From positions 638,752-702,751 of the forward strand of contig CAVPID010000002.1 of NCBI GenBank assembly GCA_963704895.1: DNA of 64,000 bases, given 5' to 3'. Made by a program: the position numbers and the translations under genes. The DNA comes from an uncultured Flavobacteriaceae bacterium. GTDB lineage: Bacteria; Bacteroidota; Bacteroidia; Flavobacteriales; Flavobacteriaceae. The notes beneath the pieces were generated by a model that saw only the letters and a program-made list of their open reading frames with translations, made no database searches and was not told where the DNA came from. Below are positions 29,775-42,801 of the stretch, in pieces; the stretch's first letter is position 1, and the number at the start of each line of letters is the position of its first letter.

Positions 29775-29847
29775 GCGGGAGTAGCTCAGTTGGTAGAGCG
29801 TCAGCCTTCCAAGCTGAATGTCGCCGGTTCGAACCCGGTCTCCCGCT
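29775..29847 (+). tRNA. tRNA-Gly (anticodon TCC)
   Basis: Acceptor GCGGGAG/CTCCCGC, anticodon stem TCAGC/GCTGA with loop CTTCCAA. Confidence 0.92.
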
Positions 29848-29932
29848 CAAAGAAATTGAGTTAACGTTTGCTATTTTGATCAAGGTTAACATTAAACCTG
29901 ATTATCAAAATATAAAACCTGGAGACCCAAAA

Positions 29933-30004
29933 GCCGACGTAGCTCAGGGGTAGAGCGTTTCCTTGGTAAGGAAGAGGTCACGGGTTCAATTCCCGTCGTT
30001 GGCT
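29933..30004 (+). tRNA. tRNA-Thr (anticodon GGT)
   Basis: Acceptor GCCGACG/CGTTGGC (one G-T pair), anticodon loop TTGGTAA, T arm ACGGG-TTCAATT-CCCGT. Confidence 0.9.
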
Positions 30005-30064
30005 CAAATAAATTAGGCATTAATTATTATACACTAATATAAACTAAGATTAAATTCATTCAAA

Positions 30065-31252
30065 ATGGCAAAGGAAACTTTTGATCGTTCCAAACCGCAC
30101 TTAAATATTGGTACTATTGGACACGTTGATCACGGTAAAACTACATTAACTGCTGCTATTACATCTGTTTTGGCAAACGCAGGATTATCTGAAATGAGAA
30201 GTTTCGATTCTATCGATAACGCTCCGGAAGAAAAGGAACGAGGTATTACAATTAATACATCGCACGTTGAATACTCAACAGCGAATCGTCATTACGCACA
30301 CGTAGATTGTCCTGGTCACGCGGATTATGTAAAGAACATGGTAACAGGTGCTGCACAAATGGACGGAGCAATCCTAGTGGTTGCTGCTACAGATGGTCCA
30401 ATGCCTCAGACCAGAGAGCATATCCTTTTAGGTCGTCAGGTAGGTATTCCAAGAATCGTTGTTTTCTTGAATAAAGTAGACATGGTTGATGATGATGAAT
30501 TATTAGAACTTGTTGAAATGGAAGTAAGAGAGCTTCTGTCTTTCTACGAGTACGATGGTGATAATGGACCAGTTATTTCAGGATCGGCTTTAGGCGCCTT
30601 AAATGGAGAGCAAAAGTGGGTAGATACGGTTATGGAATTAATGACTGCCGTTGATGAATGGATTGAATTGCCAAAAAGAGATGTTGAAAAAGATTTCTTA
30701 ATGCCTGTTGAAGATGTGTTTACAATTACTGGTCGTGGTACTGTTGCAACCGGCCGTATAGAAACTGGAATAGCCAATACTGGTGATCCTGTTGATATAA
30801 TTGGTATGGGTGCTGAAAAATTAACCTCTACTATTACCGGGGTTGAGATGTTCCGTAAAATTTTGGATAGAGGAGAAGCTGGTGATAACGTAGGTATTTT
30901 ATTAAGAGGTATTGAAAAATCACAAATTAGCAGGGGAATGGTTATTTGTAAGCCAGGTTCTGTTAAACCGCATGCTAAATTTGAAGCTGAGGTATATATC
31001 CTTAAAAAAGAAGAAGGTGGTCGTCATACACCATTCCACAACAACTACCGTCCACAGTTTTATGTTAGAACAACGGATGTTACAGGAACAATAAATCTTC
31101 CTAGTGGTGTTGAAATGGTAATGCCTGGTGATAACCTGACTATTACTGTAGACCTTATCCAGCCTATCGCATTAAGCGAAGGGCTTCGATTTGCTATCCG
31201 TGAAGGAGGTAGAACCGTAGGTGCCGGTCAGGTAACTAAGATTTTAGATTAA
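30065..31252 (+). CDS. tuf: Elongation factor Tu
   Basis: 395 aa with [15 protein letters not shown] and NKVD GTPase motifs. Near-universal EF-Tu sequence. Confidence 0.99.
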   Translation: MAKETFDRSKPHLNIGTIGHVDHGKTTLTAAITSVLANAGLSEMRSFDSIDNAPEEKERGITINTSHVEYSTANRHYAHVDCPGHADYVKNMVTGAAQMDGAILVVAATDGPMPQTREHILLGRQVGIPRIVVFLNKVDMVDDDELLELVEMEVRELLSFYEYDGDNGPVISGSALGALNGEQKWVDTVMELMTAVDEWIELPKRDVEKDFLMPVEDVFTITGRGTVATGRIETGIANTGDPVDIIGMGAEKLTSTITGVEMFRKILDRGEAGDNVGILLRGIEKSQISRGMVICKPGSVKPHAKFEAEVYILKKEEGGRHTPFHNNYRPQFYVRTTDVTGTINLPSGVEMVMPGDNLTITVDLIQPIALSEGLRFAIREGGRTVGAGQVTKILD

Positions 31253-31317
31253 TCACTATATAATTTTTACACTAAGGGTGTCCCGCTTAGGCAGGATACC
31301 TTTCAGTGTAATTATAA

Positions 31318-31390
31318 ACGGGTGTAGCTCAGTTGGTAGAGCACTGGTCTCCAAAACCAGGTGTCGGGAGTTCGAGCCTCTCCTCCCGTG
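31318..31390 (+). tRNA. tRNA-Trp (anticodon CCA)
   Basis: Anticodon stem CTGGT/ACCAG with loop CTCCAAA. Acceptor ACGGGTG/CTCCCGT has a T-T mismatch at 6:67. It is in the conserved position between tuf and secE. Confidence 0.85.
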
Positions 31391-31504
31391 CAGATCAGAA
31401 ATAGGAGTGTGCAGAGAAGGACATAAAGTAAAGGTGTTGTTTTGTAACTGATTAATAGAGATTTAAAACTGCATTCTTAATAAGGAATAAAATAATCGAT
31501 CGGT

Positions 31505-31693
31505 ATGTTAACTTATATAAAGGAGTCCATAGAAGAATTAAGACATAACGTTACGTTACCATCAAAGGCGGAATCTTCTAACCTTATGGTTATTGTAGCT
31601 GTGTTTTCTATATTGTTTGCTTTAGCAACTTGGGGTGTAGATACCGTATTCAGCAAACTGATACAACTTTACTTTAACACCTTAATAAATTAA
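31505..31693 (+). CDS. secE: Preprotein translocase subunit SecE
   Basis: 62 aa with a single C-terminal TM helix. Conserved position upstream of nusG. Confidence 0.9.
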   Translation: MLTYIKESIEELRHNVTLPSKAESSNLMVIVAVFSILFALATWGVDTVFSKLIQLYFNTLIN

Positions 31694-31704
31694 GTTTGAG
31701 ACCT

Positions 31705-32256
31705 ATGTCTGAAGTATTAGAAAAGAAATGGTATGTAGTAAGAGCTGTCAGTGGTCAGGAAAATAAGATCAAGGGCTATATAGAAAGTGAAGTGGAACGT
31801 CATGGATTTGCTGATTACCTGGAAGAAGTATTGGTTCCTACTGAGAAAGTTGTGCAGATAAGAAATGGGAAAAAAATAAACAAAGAGAGGGTTTATTTTC
31901 CAGGGTATATAATGATCAAAGCTAATTTGGGTGGAGAAATGATTCATATAATCCGTTCCATAACAAATGTAATTGGCTTTTTGGGTGAGACAAAGGGGGG
32001 TGATCCGGTTCCGTTGAGAAAGGCTGAAGTAAACCGAATGTTAGGTAAGGTAGACGAATTAGCAATAAATACAGACAGCGTTGCTATACCGTTTATCCTT
32101 GGAGAGACTGTTAAGGTTATAGATGGACCTTTTAATGGATTTAATGGGACGGTTGAAAGAATTAATGAAGAGAAAAGGAAATTGGAAGTAATGGTGAAAA
32201 TTTTCGGCAGAAAAACACCATTGGAATTGAGTTACATGCAAGTAGAAAAAGTATAG
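31705..32256 (+). CDS. nusG: Transcription termination/antitermination factor NusG
   Basis: The track ORF starts at a TTG at 31696. ATG 31705 gives MSEVLEKKWYVVRAVSGQENK (NGN domain), followed by a C-terminal KOW domain. Confidence 0.95.
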   Translation: MSEVLEKKWYVVRAVSGQENKIKGYIESEVERHGFADYLEEVLVPTEKVVQIRNGKKINKERVYFPGYIMIKANLGGEMIHIIRSITNVIGFLGETKGGDPVPLRKAEVNRMLGKVDELAINTDSVAIPFILGETVKVIDGPFNGFNGTVERINEEKRKLEVMVKIFGRKTPLELSYMQVEKV

Positions 32257-32327
32257 AATATTGTTACATATATATAAAAGTTGTGTTGCTTCCAAATTAT
32301 GACACGCTTTAAATTTAATTTAAAACA

Positions 32328-32765
32328 ATGGCAAAAGAAGTAAGTAAAGTAGTTAAACTACAAGTTAGGGGAGGTGTTGCGAATCCGTCGCCACCGGTTG
32401 GACCCGCTTTAGGTGCTGCCGGCGTTAACATCATGGAGTTCTGTAAACAGTTTAATGCTCGTACACAGGACAAACAAGGCAAAATTCTGCCTGTTGTTAT
32501 CACCGTATATAAGGACAAGTCATTTGACTTTGTTGTTAAAACACCACCGGCGGCAGTACAACTTTTGGAAGCGGCTAAGATTAAAAAAGGATCTGGCGAA
32601 CCTAACCGAGTAAAATCAGGGAATGTTTCATGGGATCAGGTGAAAAGCATTGCAGAGGACAAAATGATAGACCTTAATGCTTTTACTGTAGAATCCGCAA
32701 TGTCTATGGTAGCAGGTACTGCAAGATCTATGGGATTGAAAGTTTCAGGGAAAAGACCTTTTTAA
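32328..32765 (+). CDS. rplK: 50S ribosomal protein L11
   Basis: 145 aa containing PPVGPALG. Confidence 0.98.
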   Translation: MAKEVSKVVKLQVRGGVANPSPPVGPALGAAGVNIMEFCKQFNARTQDKQGKILPVVITVYKDKSFDFVVKTPPAAVQLLEAAKIKKGSGEPNRVKSGNVSWDQVKSIAEDKMIDLNAFTVESAMSMVAGTARSMGLKVSGKRPF

Positions 32766-32787
32766 AATCTTAAAAGCAATTTTTAAC

Positions 32788-33477
32788 ATGGCAAAATTAA
32801 CTAGAAAGCAAAAAGAAGCACACGCTAAAATAGAGAAAGATAAACTCTATTCGGTTGAAGAAGCTTCTGCGCTTGTAAAAGAGATAACCAATGCAAAGTT
32901 TGATGCGAGTATCGACCTTGCAATTAGGTTAGGAGTAGATCCACGTAAAGCCAATCAAATGGTACGTGGTGTTGTGACATTGCCTCATGGTACCGGTAAA
33001 GACGTAAAAGTCCTTGCTTTGGTTACCCCAGATAAGGAAGCCGAAGCTAAGGAAGCTGGTGCAGACTTTGTTGGTTTGGATGAGTATCTAGATAAAATAA
33101 AAGGAGGTTGGACAGATGTAGATGTAATAATCACAATGCCAAGTGTTATGGGTAAATTGGGACCCTTAGGACGAGTTTTAGGTCCAAGAGGATTAATGCC
33201 CAATCCAAAGACAGGTACCGTAACAATGGATGTGGCTAAGGCAGTATCTGATGTAAAAGCAGGAAAAATAGATTTTAAGGTAGACAAGTCCGGCATTGTA
33301 CATGCGGCTATAGGAAAGGCATCCTTTTCTCCAGATAAAATAGCTGGTAATGCTCAGGAATTACTGGATACTTTAAATAAGTTAAAACCGGCTGCGGCAA
33401 AAGGTATATATATGAAAAGTATATATATGTCAAGTACCATGAGTCCTAGTATCCAATTAGATCCTAAAGCAGTTTAA
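32788..33477 (+). CDS. rplA: 50S ribosomal protein L1
   Basis: 229 aa of typical uL1 sequence. Confidence 0.98.
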   Translation: MAKLTRKQKEAHAKIEKDKLYSVEEASALVKEITNAKFDASIDLAIRLGVDPRKANQMVRGVVTLPHGTGKDVKVLALVTPDKEAEAKEAGADFVGLDEYLDKIKGGWTDVDVIITMPSVMGKLGPLGRVLGPRGLMPNPKTGTVTMDVAKAVSDVKAGKIDFKVDKSGIVHAAIGKASFSPDKIAGNAQELLDTLNKLKPAAAKGIYMKSIYMSSTMSPSIQLDPKAV

Positions 33478-33496
33478 CTGTAAACGTTTTAAAATC

Positions 33497-34012
33497 ATGA
33501 CAAGAGAAGAAAAAGCAACCGTTATAGAAGATTTGACGGCTCAGTTAGCTGATAATTCAACGATTTATTTGGCAGATATTTCCGGATTGGATGCAGTGGC
33601 AACCTCGGCATTAAGAAGAGCTTGCTTTAAAGCAAACATAAAATTGGCTGTAGTAAAAAATACACTGCTGGCAAAGGCGATGGAAGCTTCTGAAAAGGAA
33701 TTCGGTGAATTACCTGAAATATTAAAGGGAAATACTTCTTTAATGTTTTCAGAAACCAGTAATGGCCCCGCTAAGCTTATTAAAAGTTTCCGAAAAAAAT
33801 CGGATAAGCCTTTATTAAAAGGCGCTTTTGTAGAAGAAGCAATTTATGTGGGTGATGAGAATTTGGATACTTTGGTAAATATTAAATCCAAAGAGGAGAT
33901 GATAGGCGAAATTATTGGTCTATTACAGTCCCCAGCCAAAAATGTTATTTCTGGATTAAAATCCGGAGGTGGAAAACTGGCAGGAATCCTCAAAACATTA
34001 TCAGAAAAATAA
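33497..34012 (+). CDS. rplJ: 50S ribosomal protein L10
   Basis: 171 aa, in the conserved position. Confidence 0.95.
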   Translation: MTREEKATVIEDLTAQLADNSTIYLADISGLDAVATSALRRACFKANIKLAVVKNTLLAKAMEASEKEFGELPEILKGNTSLMFSETSNGPAKLIKSFRKKSDKPLLKGAFVEEAIYVGDENLDTLVNIKSKEEMIGEIIGLLQSPAKNVISGLKSGGGKLAGILKTLSEK

Positions 34013-34066
34013 CGAATACGCACTAAAAACTAGAATAATTTAAGAATTTTATTAAACGATAGAAAA

Positions 34067-34447
34067 ATGGCAGATTTAAAAGATTTCGCAGAACAATTGG
34101 TTAACTTAACCGTAAAAGAAGTAAACGAGTTAGCTGATATATTAAAAGAAGAGTATGGCATAGAGCCTGCCGCTGCAGCTGTTGCAGTTGCTGCAGGTGG
34201 CGCCGCTGGTGGTGAAACTGAAGCCGCTGAGGAAAAAACAGAATTTGATGTTGTTTTAACAGCAGCTGGAGGTTCTAAATTGGCTGTAGTTAAATTGGTT
34301 AAAGAATTAACTGGCCTTGGATTAAAAGATGCTAAGGATATCGTTGATAGCGCACCTAAAGCTGTAAAAGAAGGTGTGTCTAAAGACGAAGCTGAAGGAA
34401 TCAAAAAATCATTGGAAGAAGCTGGAGCAGAAGTTGAGCTTAAATAA
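34067..34447 (+). CDS. rplL: 50S ribosomal protein L7/L12
   Basis: 126 aa with an Ala-rich hinge and a C-terminal [15 protein letters not shown] motif. Confidence 0.98.
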   Translation: MADLKDFAEQLVNLTVKEVNELADILKEEYGIEPAAAAVAVAAGGAAGGETEAAEEKTEFDVVLTAAGGSKLAVVKLVKELTGLGLKDAKDIVDSAPKAVKEGVSKDEAEGIKKSLEEAGAEVELK

Positions 34448-34468
34448 TAGCAACAACCATACGGTTTT

Positions 34469-34515
34469 GGTTTAGGTCTTTCCACCTGTTTGGTGGCTAG
34501 ACCTAAACCCTTTTG
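34469..34515 (+). terminator. Long hairpin + T-tract in the rplL-rpoB spacer (partial terminator/attenuator)
   Basis: The 11-bp stem GGTTTAGGTCT/AGACCTAAACC encloses the inner stem CCACC/GGTGG and is followed by CTTTTG. The position matches the classical rplL-rpoB attenuator. Confidence 0.6.
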
Positions 34516-34579
34516 TATATAGTATATGATGTAATATACGACCCATTTTAGGTATTCACGTTCAAAATTTTGTCCATAG

Positions 34580-37500
34580 ATGTTCACAAAACAGACTGAA
34601 AGAGTAAACTTCGCATCCGCTAAGAACATTCCGGACTATCCGGATTTCTTGGACATTCAGATTAAATCATTTCAAGATTTTTTTCAACTTGAAACAAAAT
34701 CTGACGAAAGGGGCAATGAGGGTTTGTACAACACCTTCATGGAAAACTTTCCAATAACTGATACAAGAAATCAATTTGTACTAGAGTTTCTTGATTACTT
34801 TATAGATCCACCTAGGTATTCCATCCAGGAGTGCATAGAAAGAGGTCTGACTTATAGCGTACCTCTAAAAGCGCGTTTAAAACTTTATTGTACCGATCCG
34901 GAGCATGAAGATTTTGAAACTATTGTTCAGGATGTTTATTTGGGTACTATTCCCTATATGACACCTAGTGGGACATTTGTTATTAACGGTGCGGAACGTG
35001 TAGTTGTTTCGCAGTTACATCGTTCTCCGGGTGTATTCTTTGGTCAGTCTTTTCACGCAAATGGTACCAAACTGTATTCTGCCAGGGTAATTCCTTTTAA
35101 AGGATCCTGGATAGAATTTGCTACTGATATCAATAGCGTAATGTATGCTTACATTGATAGAAAGAAAAAATTACCGGTTACAACTTTATTTAGAGCAATA
35201 GGTTTTGAAAGAGACAAAGATATTCTGGAGATCTTTGACCTGTCTGAAGAAGTAAAGGTTTCAAAAACCGGATTGAAAAAGTTCTTGGGACGCAAACTTG
35301 CTGCCAGGGTTCTTAATACCTGGCATGAAGATTTTGTTGATGAAGACACAGGTGAAGTTGTTTCTATAGAAAGAAACGAAATAGTCCTGGATCGTGATAC
35401 TGTTCTTGAAAAGGAACATATAGATGAAATTATTGATGCAGATGTTAAAACCATTCTGCTTCATAAAGAGAATAATGCCCAAAGTGATTATGCAATTATT
35501 CATAACACTTTGCAAAAAGATCCCACAAATTCTGAAAAAGAAGCTGTTGAACATATTTATCGTCAGCTGCGAAATGCAGAACCACCAGATGAGGAAACAG
35601 CACGTGGAATAATTGATAAATTGTTTTTCTCTGATCAACGATATAATCTGGGTGAAGTTGGTCGATATAGAATGAATAAAAAGCTTGGTTTGGATATTGG
35701 TATGGACAAACAGGTACTTACCAAGGAAGATATCATAACTATAATCAAGTATTTAATTGAACTTATCAATTCCAAAGCAGAAATTGATGATATTGACCAC
35801 CTTTCCAACAGGCGTGTTAGAACCGTTGGGGAACAATTATCATCGCAATTTGGTGTTGGTTTGGCACGTATGGCAAGGACCATTCGTGAACGAATGAATG
35901 TGAGAGATAATGAGGTGTTTACTCCGATTGATCTGATAAATGCCAAAACTCTGTCCTCTGTGATTAATTCATTTTTTGGTACTAACCAATTATCACAGTT
36001 CATGGATCAGACGAATCCTCTTGCAGAAATTACGCACAAGAGAAGATTATCAGCCCTTGGGCCAGGTGGACTTTCAAGAGAACGTGCAGGATTTGAAGTT
36101 CGTGACGTTCACTATACACATTACGGAAGATTATGTCCGATTGAAACTCCTGAAGGACCAAATATTGGACTTATTTCATCTCTGGCGGTTTTTGCCAAAG
36201 TAAACCCTATGGGATTCTTGGAGACCCCATATCGAAAGGTTGATAATGGAAAAGTAGATACTAAAGATTTTGTATACCTGAGCGCGGAAGAAGAGGAAGG
36301 CATGAAAATATCTCAGGCCAATATTCCATTGAAGGATAATGGAGCTATAGATCAGGAGAAAGTTATCGCCAGGGAAGAAGGAGATTTTCCGGTAGTGGAT
36401 CCTATAGAGGTTAATTATACCGATGTTGCTCCTAACCAGATTGCATCTATTTCCGCATCTTTGATTCCGTTCCTTGAACACGATGATGCGAACAGGGCTT
36501 TGATGGGTTCTAACATGATGCGTCAGGCTGTTCCTTTATTGAAACCACAATCTCCTATTGTTGGAACAGGATTGGAAAGGCAAGTTGCATCAGACTCTAG
36601 AGTATTAATTAATGCAGAAGGTGATGGCGTAATTGAATATGTGGATTCTCAAAAGGTCACAATTAATTACAATCGTAGCGAGAATGAAAAATTGGTAAGT
36701 TTTGAGGAGGATTCCAAAACCTATCAATTGGTCAAATTCAGAAAAACCAACCAGGGTACCAGCATTAATCTTAAACCAATCGTCAAAAAGGGAGATAAGG
36801 TTAAAAAAGGACAGGTACTTTGCGAAGGATATGCTACAGAAGGCGGGGAATTAGCTTTAGGTAGAAACCTAAAAGTAGCCTTTATGCCATGGAAAGGATA
36901 TAACTTTGAGGATGCTATTGTAATCTCCGAAAAAGTTGTCCGCGAAGATATCTTTACTTCAATACATATAGATGAATATTCTCTTGAAGTTAGAGATACC
37001 AAATTGGGGGCTGAAGAATTAACTAATGATATTCCTAATGTTTCTGAAGAGGCAACAAAAGACCTGGATGAATATGGAATGATACGAATTGGTGCGGAAG
37101 TAAAACCTGGGGATATTCTTATTGGTAAGATTACACCAAAAGGTGAATCGGATCCTACTCCGGAAGAAAAACTGCTTCGTGCTATTTTTGGAGATAAAGC
37201 AGGAGATGTTAAGGATGCTTCATTAAAAGCTTCACCATCATTACGTGGAGTAGTTATTGATAAAAAGTTATTCTCTCGTTCTATTAAGGATAAACGCAAA
37301 CGTTCAGAAGACAAGGAAGCAATTTCTAGTCTGGAACTGGAATATGAAGTAAAATTTCAGGAACTAAAGGATGTCCTGGTAGATAAATTGTTTAAACTTA
37401 TCAACGGGAAGACTTCTCAGGGAGTATTAAATGATCTTGGTGAAGAGGTTTTACCCAAAGGCAAAAAATATACCATGAAGATGCTTAATGCAGTGGATGA

Positions 37501-38389
37501 TTTTGCCCACCTTGTAGGAGGTAGTTGGACCACTGATAAAGACACAAATATTTTGGTGGCCGACCTGCTTCACAACTATAAGATTAAGTTGAATGATCTT
37601 CAGGGGAATCTTAGAAGAGATAAGTTCACCATATCTGTTGGGGATGAATTGCCTGCAGGTATAATGAAGCTTGCAAAAGTTTATATTGCTAAAAAGCGTA
37701 AACTTAAAGTTGGTGATAAAATGGCCGGACGTCATGGTAACAAAGGTATTGTTGCCCGTATCGTCAGACATGAAGATATGCCGTTCTTGGAAGACGGAAC
37801 ACCGGTAGACATTGTGTTAAACCCTTTAGGTGTGCCATCTCGTATGAATATTGGCCAGATTTATGAAACGGTCCTTGGATGGGCGGGTCAAAAACTCGGA
37901 AAGAAATTCGCGACTCCAATTTTTGATGGTGCTACACTTGATGAGATTAATGAATTTACGGATGAAGCCGGGATTCCAAGATTTGGTCATACCTATCTCT
38001 ATGATGGAGGAACTGGGCAACGATTCGACCAGGCTGCGACTGTTGGGGTAATCTATATGTTAAAATTAGGACATATGGTGGATGATAAAATGCATGCACG
38101 TTCCATTGGACCATATTCGTTGATTACACAGCAACCTTTAGGAGGTAAAGCACAATTTGGTGGACAGCGTTTTGGAGAAATGGAAGTTTGGGCCTTAGAA
38201 GCATATGGAGCATCTGCTACCCTTCGTGAGATTTTGACTGTAAAATCTGATGATGTGATTGGACGTGCCAAAACCTATGAATCAATTGTAAAAGGCGAAA
38301 CCATGCCTGAACCTGGCTTGCCAGAATCTTTCAATGTATTAATGCATGAACTTAAGGGATTAGGTTTGGATATTAGACTTGAAGAATAA
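34580..38389 (+). CDS. rpoB: DNA-directed RNA polymerase subunit beta
   Basis: 1269 aa of universal RpoB sequence. Confidence 0.99.
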   Translation: MFTKQTERVNFASAKNIPDYPDFLDIQIKSFQDFFQLETKSDERGNEGLYNTFMENFPITDTRNQFVLEFLDYFIDPPRYSIQECIERGLTYSVPLKARLKLYCTDPEHEDFETIVQDVYLGTIPYMTPSGTFVINGAERVVVSQLHRSPGVFFGQSFHANGTKLYSARVIPFKGSWIEFATDINSVMYAYIDRKKKLPVTTLFRAIGFERDKDILEIFDLSEEVKVSKTGLKKFLGRKLAARVLNTWHEDFVDEDTGEVVSIERNEIVLDRDTVLEKEHIDEIIDADVKTILLHKENNAQSDYAIIHNTLQKDPTNSEKEAVEHIYRQLRNAEPPDEETARGIIDKLFFSDQRYNLGEVGRYRMNKKLGLDIGMDKQVLTKEDIITIIKYLIELINSKAEIDDIDHLSNRRVRTVGEQLSSQFGVGLARMARTIRERMNVRDNEVFTPIDLINAKTLSSVINSFFGTNQLSQFMDQTNPLAEITHKRRLSALGPGGLSRERAGFEVRDVHYTHYGRLCPIETPEGPNIGLISSLAVFAKVNPMGFLETPYRKVDNGKVDTKDFVYLSAEEEEGMKISQANIPLKDNGAIDQEKVIAREEGDFPVVDPIEVNYTDVAPNQIASISASLIPFLEHDDANRALMGSNMMRQAVPLLKPQSPIVGTGLERQVASDSRVLINAEGDGVIEYVDSQKVTINYNRSENEKLVSFEEDSKTYQLVKFRKTNQGTSINLKPIVKKGDKVKKGQVLCEGYATEGGELALGRNLKVAFMPWKGYNFEDAIVISEKVVREDIFTSIHIDEYSLEVRDTKLGAEELTNDIPNVSEEATKDLDEYGMIRIGAEVKPGDILIGKITPKGESDPTPEEKLLRAIFGDKAGDVKDASLKASPSLRGVVIDKKLFSRSIKDKRKRSEDKEAISSLELEYEVKFQELKDVLVDKLFKLINGKTSQGVLNDLGEEVLPKGKKYTMKMLNAVDDFAHLVGGSWTTDKDTNILVADLLHNYKIKLNDLQGNLRRDKFTISVGDELPAGIMKLAKVYIAKKRKLKVGDKMAGRHGNKGIVARIVRHEDMPFLEDGTPVDIVLNPLGVPSRMNIGQIYETVLGWAGQKLGKKFATPIFDGATLDEINEFTDEAGIPRFGHTYLYDGGTGQRFDQAATVGVIYMLKLGHMVDDKMHARSIGPYSLITQQPLGGKAQFGGQRFGEMEVWALEAYGASATLREILTVKSDDVIGRAKTYESIVKGETMPEPGLPESFNVLMHELKGLGLDIRLEE

Positions 38390-38432
38390 TAGTTTTTTTT
38401 ACATATTTTAAATTTACTATCACCATATTATA

Positions 38433-41400
38433 ATGGCTAGAATAAAAGATAATACCGCAATAAAAAGGTTTGATAAAATTTCAATTGGATTGGCTTCCCC
38501 TGAAGCAATTTTAGGAGAATCCCGAGGTGAGGTTTTAAAGCCTGAAACTATCAATTATAGAACTCATAAACCAGAGCGCGATGGATTGTTCTGTGAACGT
38601 ATTTTTGGTCCTGTAAAGGATTATGAATGCGCATGCGGAAAGTACAAGCGTATCCGCTATAGAGGAATTGTTTGCGACAGATGTGGCGTTGAAGTAACCG
38701 AGAAGAAGGTTCGTCGTGACAGGGTAGGACATATAAATTTAGTAGTACCGGTTGCTCATATATGGTACTTCCGCTCCTTGCCTAACAAAATTGGCTACCT
38801 CTTGGGATTGCCTTCCAAGAAACTGGATATGATAATTTATTATGAGCGTTATGTGGTAATTCAGCCAGGTATTGCTCAAGGACCTGAGGGCGAGGAGATT
38901 AATAAGTTAGATTTTCTAACTGAAGAAGAGTATTTAAATATTCTTGAAACTATCCCTCCGGAAAATCAATATTTGGAAGATTCAGATCCCAATAAATTTA
39001 TTGCCAAGATGGGAGCAGAGTGCCTTATCGATTTATTGGCACGAATTGATCTGAAACAACTATCTTATGATTTAAGGCATAAAGCCAATACAGAGACCTC
39101 AAAACAACGTAAAACGGAAGCCTTAAAAAGACTTCAGGTTGTTGAAGCTTTGAGAGAATCTCAGGATAACAGGGATAACAGACCAGAATGGATGATCATG
39201 AAGGTAATTCCGGTTATTCCACCGGAGTTGCGGCCACTTGTTCCTCTGGACGGAGGCCGATTTGCGACTTCTGATTTAAATGATCTTTACAGGCGAGTAA
39301 TTATCAGGAATAATCGTCTAAAGCGATTGATGGAAATTAAAGCACCTGAAGTTATTTTAAGAAATGAGAAGCGAATGCTTCAGGAATCAGTTGATTCTCT
39401 TTTTGATAATACGCGTAAGGCATCAGCAGTGAAAACTGAATCGAACAGGCCTTTGAAATCTCTTTCGGATTCCTTAAAAGGAAAACAAGGACGTTTTCGT
39501 CAGAACTTATTGGGTAAAAGGGTAGATTATTCTGCGCGTTCCGTGATTGTTGTTGGACCTGAGATGAGCCTTTATGAATGTGGTCTTCCAAAAGATATGG
39601 CAGCTGAACTATACAAGCCTTTTGTGATCAGAAAATTGATCGAAAGGGGTATTGTTAAGACTGTTAAGTCGGCCAAAAAGATAATAGATAAAAAAGAACC
39701 GGTAGTTTGGGACATTTTAGAAAATGTTTTAAAAGGACACCCTGTCATGCTCAACCGGGCCCCTACGCTACACAGATTGGGGATACAGGCATTTCAACCC
39801 AAATTAATAGAAGGTAAGGCAATTCGTTTGCACCCTCTTGTTTGTACGGCCTTTAATGCGGATTTTGATGGTGATCAAATGGCGGTGCATTTGCCTTTGG
39901 GACCTGAAGCTATATTGGAATGCCAACTTTTGATGTTGGCTTCTCACAATATATTAAATCCTGCTAATGGATCTCCTATTACCGTACCTTCTCAGGATAT
40001 GGTTCTTGGGTTATATTATATGACCAAGGAACGTAAATCTACCAAAGAAGTTCCTGTTAGGGGTGAAGGCTTAACTTTTTACTCCTACGAAGAGGTAGTA
40101 ATCGCATTTAATGAAGGGAAAGTTGAACTGAATGCCGGGATTAAGGTGAGAGCTAAAGACTTTAATGAGGAAGGGGAATTAGTAAATCAGATTATTGCTA
40201 CTACTGTTGGTAGAGTGCTTTTTAATAAGGTTGTGCCGGAAGAAGCCGGATATATAAATGAAGTCTTAAACAAGAAGTCTTTACGTGATATTATCGGAAG
40301 GATTCTTGCTGTTACAGATGTGCCTACAACTGCAGCGTTTTTGGATTTGATTAAGACCATGGGTTATGATTTTGCTTTTAAAGGAGGATTGTCCTTTAGT
40401 CTTGGGGATATTATTATTCCACAGGAAAAGCATACCATGATTGCTGATGCCAATGAACAGGTAGATGGAATTATGATGAATTATAATATGGGTCTTATCA
40501 CAAACAATGAACGATATAATCAGGTGATTGATGTCTGGACTTCAACCAATGCCATGCTAACTGAATTGGCAATGAAGCGTATCCGGGAAGATCAACAAGG
40601 GTTTAACTCGGTGTATATGATGTTAGATTCAGGCGCCAGGGGTTCAAAGGAGCAGATAAGACAGTTAACAGGTATGCGTGGTTTAATGGCTAAGCCTAAG
40701 AAATCTACTGCAGGTGGAGGTGAAATTATAGAAAACCCAATTCTTTCTAACTTTAAAGAAGGATTATCTATTTTAGAATACTTTATTTCTACTCACGGTG
40801 CCCGTAAAGGACTTGCAGATACCGCTCTTAAAACTGCCGATGCAGGATATCTTACCAGAAGATTAGTGGATGTTTCTCAGGACGTTATCGTTAATATAGA
40901 TGATTGCGGCACTCTTAGAGGTATACAAGTTGAATCTTTAAAGAAAAACGAAGAAGTAGTTGAAACCTTAGGGGAGCGTATATTAGGAAGAGTCTCTTTA
41001 CACGATGTCTATAACCCATTAACTGAGGAACTGTTATTAACTGCAGGACAACAGATATTGGAAGCTGATGTTAAGAAAGTAGAGGCTTCACCTATCGAAA
41101 AAGTAGAAGTTCGCTCTGCACTTACTTGCGAGGCTGCAAAAGGAATATGTGCCAAGTGTTATGGTAGAAACCTTTCAACCAATAAAATGGTGCAACGTGG
41201 CGAAGCGGTTGGTGTTGTGGCTGCACAGTCTATTGGTGAACCCGGAACGCAGTTAACATTACGTACCTTCCACGTTGGAGGAATTGCTGGAAACATTTCA
41301 GAAGACAGCAAACTTGAAGCTAAATTTGATGGTGTCGCGGAAATTGAAGACTTGCGAACCGTAAAAGGTGAGAATGCAGAAGGCAAGGCTGCGGATATTG

Positions 41401-42731
41401 TAATTTCAAGAACTTCAGAGATCAAAGTTGTTGATAGTAAAACTGGAATTACACTCAGCACAAACAATATACCTTATGGTTCTCAAATCTTTGTTAAGAA
41501 TGGCAGTAAGATAACTAAGGCAGATATAATTTGTCAATGGGATCCATACAATGGGGTTATAGTTTCAGAATTCCCAGGTAAAATTGCTTATGAGAATATT
41601 GAGCAGGGAATAACCTATCAGGTGGAGATTGATGAACAAACAGGATTTCAGGAGAAGGTGATCTCCGAATCCAGGAATAAGAAGTTGATTCCTACCTTAT
41701 TGATTATGAACTCTAAGGATGAAGTCTTACGTTCATATAACCTTCCAGTTGGTTCTCATTTAATGGTAGATGATGGCGATAAAATTAAAGAAGGTAAGAT
41801 TTTGGTTAAAATTCCTCGTAAATCGGCCAAAGCAGGGGATATTACGGGTGGTTTACCAAGAGTAACCGAACTTTTTGAAGCTCGTAATCCATCCAATCCT
41901 GCAGTTGTTTCTGAGATAGACGGAGTTGTTTCATTTGGTAAGATAAAAAGAGGTAATAGAGAGATTATTATTGAATCCAAACTTGGTGAGGTAAAGAAAT
42001 ATTTAGTAAAACTTTCAAACCAGATTTTGGTACAGGAAAATGATTATGTTAGAGCTGGTATGGCTTTATCTGACGGTTCTATTACTCCTGAAGATATCCT
42101 TGCAATTAAGGGACCTTCAGCGGTACAACAGTATCTTGTAAATGAAGTGCAGGAAGTATATCGCCTCCAGGGTGTAAAAATTAATGACAAACACTTTGAA
42201 GTAGTTGTACGCCAGATGATGCGAAAAGTTCGTATTCAGGACTCTGGAGATACAACATTCCTTGAAAATCAGTTGGTACACAAAGACGACTTTATCAAAG
42301 AAAACGATGAGATCTTTGGTATGAAAGTAGTGGAAGATTCAGGTGAATCAGAAAACCTTAAGGCAGGCCAGATTATTACAGCGCGAGAATTGAGAGATGA
42401 GAATTCAATTTTGAAACGTGCAGATAAGAATTTGGTTACTGCGCGTGATGCTGTGTCAGCTACGGCTACACCAATTCTGCAGGGTATTACAAGGGCCTCG
42501 TTACAAACCAAATCGTTTATTTCTGCGGCATCGTTCCAGGAAACAACAAAGGTCTTGAATGAAGCGGCTGTAAGTGGTAAAATTGATTACCTGGAAGGAT
42601 TGAAAGAGAATGTTATTGTAGGTCATAAAATTCCTGCCGGTACCGGTATGAGGGATTATGAAAATATAATCGTAGGCTCAAAAGAGGAGTACGATGAAAT
42701 TATGGCTCGCAAAGAAGAATTAAAGTTTTAA
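38433..42731 (+). CDS. rpoC: DNA-directed RNA polymerase subunit beta'
   Basis: 1432 aa with a zinc-binding CxC..CxxC region and the [12 protein letters not shown] catalytic loop. Confidence 0.99.
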   Translation: MARIKDNTAIKRFDKISIGLASPEAILGESRGEVLKPETINYRTHKPERDGLFCERIFGPVKDYECACGKYKRIRYRGIVCDRCGVEVTEKKVRRDRVGHINLVVPVAHIWYFRSLPNKIGYLLGLPSKKLDMIIYYERYVVIQPGIAQGPEGEEINKLDFLTEEEYLNILETIPPENQYLEDSDPNKFIAKMGAECLIDLLARIDLKQLSYDLRHKANTETSKQRKTEALKRLQVVEALRESQDNRDNRPEWMIMKVIPVIPPELRPLVPLDGGRFATSDLNDLYRRVIIRNNRLKRLMEIKAPEVILRNEKRMLQESVDSLFDNTRKASAVKTESNRPLKSLSDSLKGKQGRFRQNLLGKRVDYSARSVIVVGPEMSLYECGLPKDMAAELYKPFVIRKLIERGIVKTVKSAKKIIDKKEPVVWDILENVLKGHPVMLNRAPTLHRLGIQAFQPKLIEGKAIRLHPLVCTAFNADFDGDQMAVHLPLGPEAILECQLLMLASHNILNPANGSPITVPSQDMVLGLYYMTKERKSTKEVPVRGEGLTFYSYEEVVIAFNEGKVELNAGIKVRAKDFNEEGELVNQIIATTVGRVLFNKVVPEEAGYINEVLNKKSLRDIIGRILAVTDVPTTAAFLDLIKTMGYDFAFKGGLSFSLGDIIIPQEKHTMIADANEQVDGIMMNYNMGLITNNERYNQVIDVWTSTNAMLTELAMKRIREDQQGFNSVYMMLDSGARGSKEQIRQLTGMRGLMAKPKKSTAGGGEIIENPILSNFKEGLSILEYFISTHGARKGLADTALKTADAGYLTRRLVDVSQDVIVNIDDCGTLRGIQVESLKKNEEVVETLGERILGRVSLHDVYNPLTEELLLTAGQQILEADVKKVEASPIEKVEVRSALTCEAAKGICAKCYGRNLSTNKMVQRGEAVGVVAAQSIGEPGTQLTLRTFHVGGIAGNISEDSKLEAKFDGVAEIEDLRTVKGENAEGKAADIVISRTSEIKVVDSKTGITLSTNNIPYGSQIFVKNGSKITKADIICQWDPYNGVIVSEFPGKIAYENIEQGITYQVEIDEQTGFQEKVISESRNKKLIPTLLIMNSKDEVLRSYNLPVGSHLMVDDGDKIKEGKILVKIPRKSAKAGDITGGLPRVTELFEARNPSNPAVVSEIDGVVSFGKIKRGNREIIIESKLGEVKKYLVKLSNQILVQENDYVRAGMALSDGSITPEDILAIKGPSAVQQYLVNEVQEVYRLQGVKINDKHFEVVVRQMMRKVRIQDSGDTTFLENQLVHKDDFIKENDEIFGMKVVEDSGESENLKAGQIITARELRDENSILKRADKNLVTARDAVSATATPILQGITRASLQTKSFISAASFQETTKVLNEAAVSGKIDYLEGLKENVIVGHKIPAGTGMRDYENIIVGSKEEYDEIMARKEELKF

Positions 42732-42738
42732 AATCATT

Positions 42739-42770
42739 AACCCTCAATTTTCTAATTGAGGGTTTTTGTT
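42739..42770 (+). terminator. Terminator after rpoC
   Basis: The 11-bp stem AACCCTCAATT/AATTGAGGGTT has a 4-nt loop and is followed by TTTGTTTG. Confidence 0.75.
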
Positions 42771-42801
42771 TGTTACACGGGATTATTTTTTGAAGTGAAC
42801 A

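Noticed and set aside
29599-29784. A 61-aa plus-strand ORF between and over tRNA genes.
   Set aside because: It overlaps the 3' part of tRNA-Tyr and the 5' end of tRNA-Gly and has no coding features.
31262-31312. An imperfect hairpin (TACACTAAGGGT ... ACCTTTCAGTGTA) between tuf and tRNA-Trp as a terminator.
   Set aside because: No T-tract follows it, and tRNA-Trp, secE and nusG lie immediately downstream. It may be a processing structure, but I cannot support a call.
34030-34629. A 199-aa minus-strand ORF spanning the rplL region.
   Set aside because: It is antisense to the highly conserved L7/L12 gene. Its Ala/Ser-rich low-complexity translation is a mirror of the Ala-rich hinge, so it is spurious.
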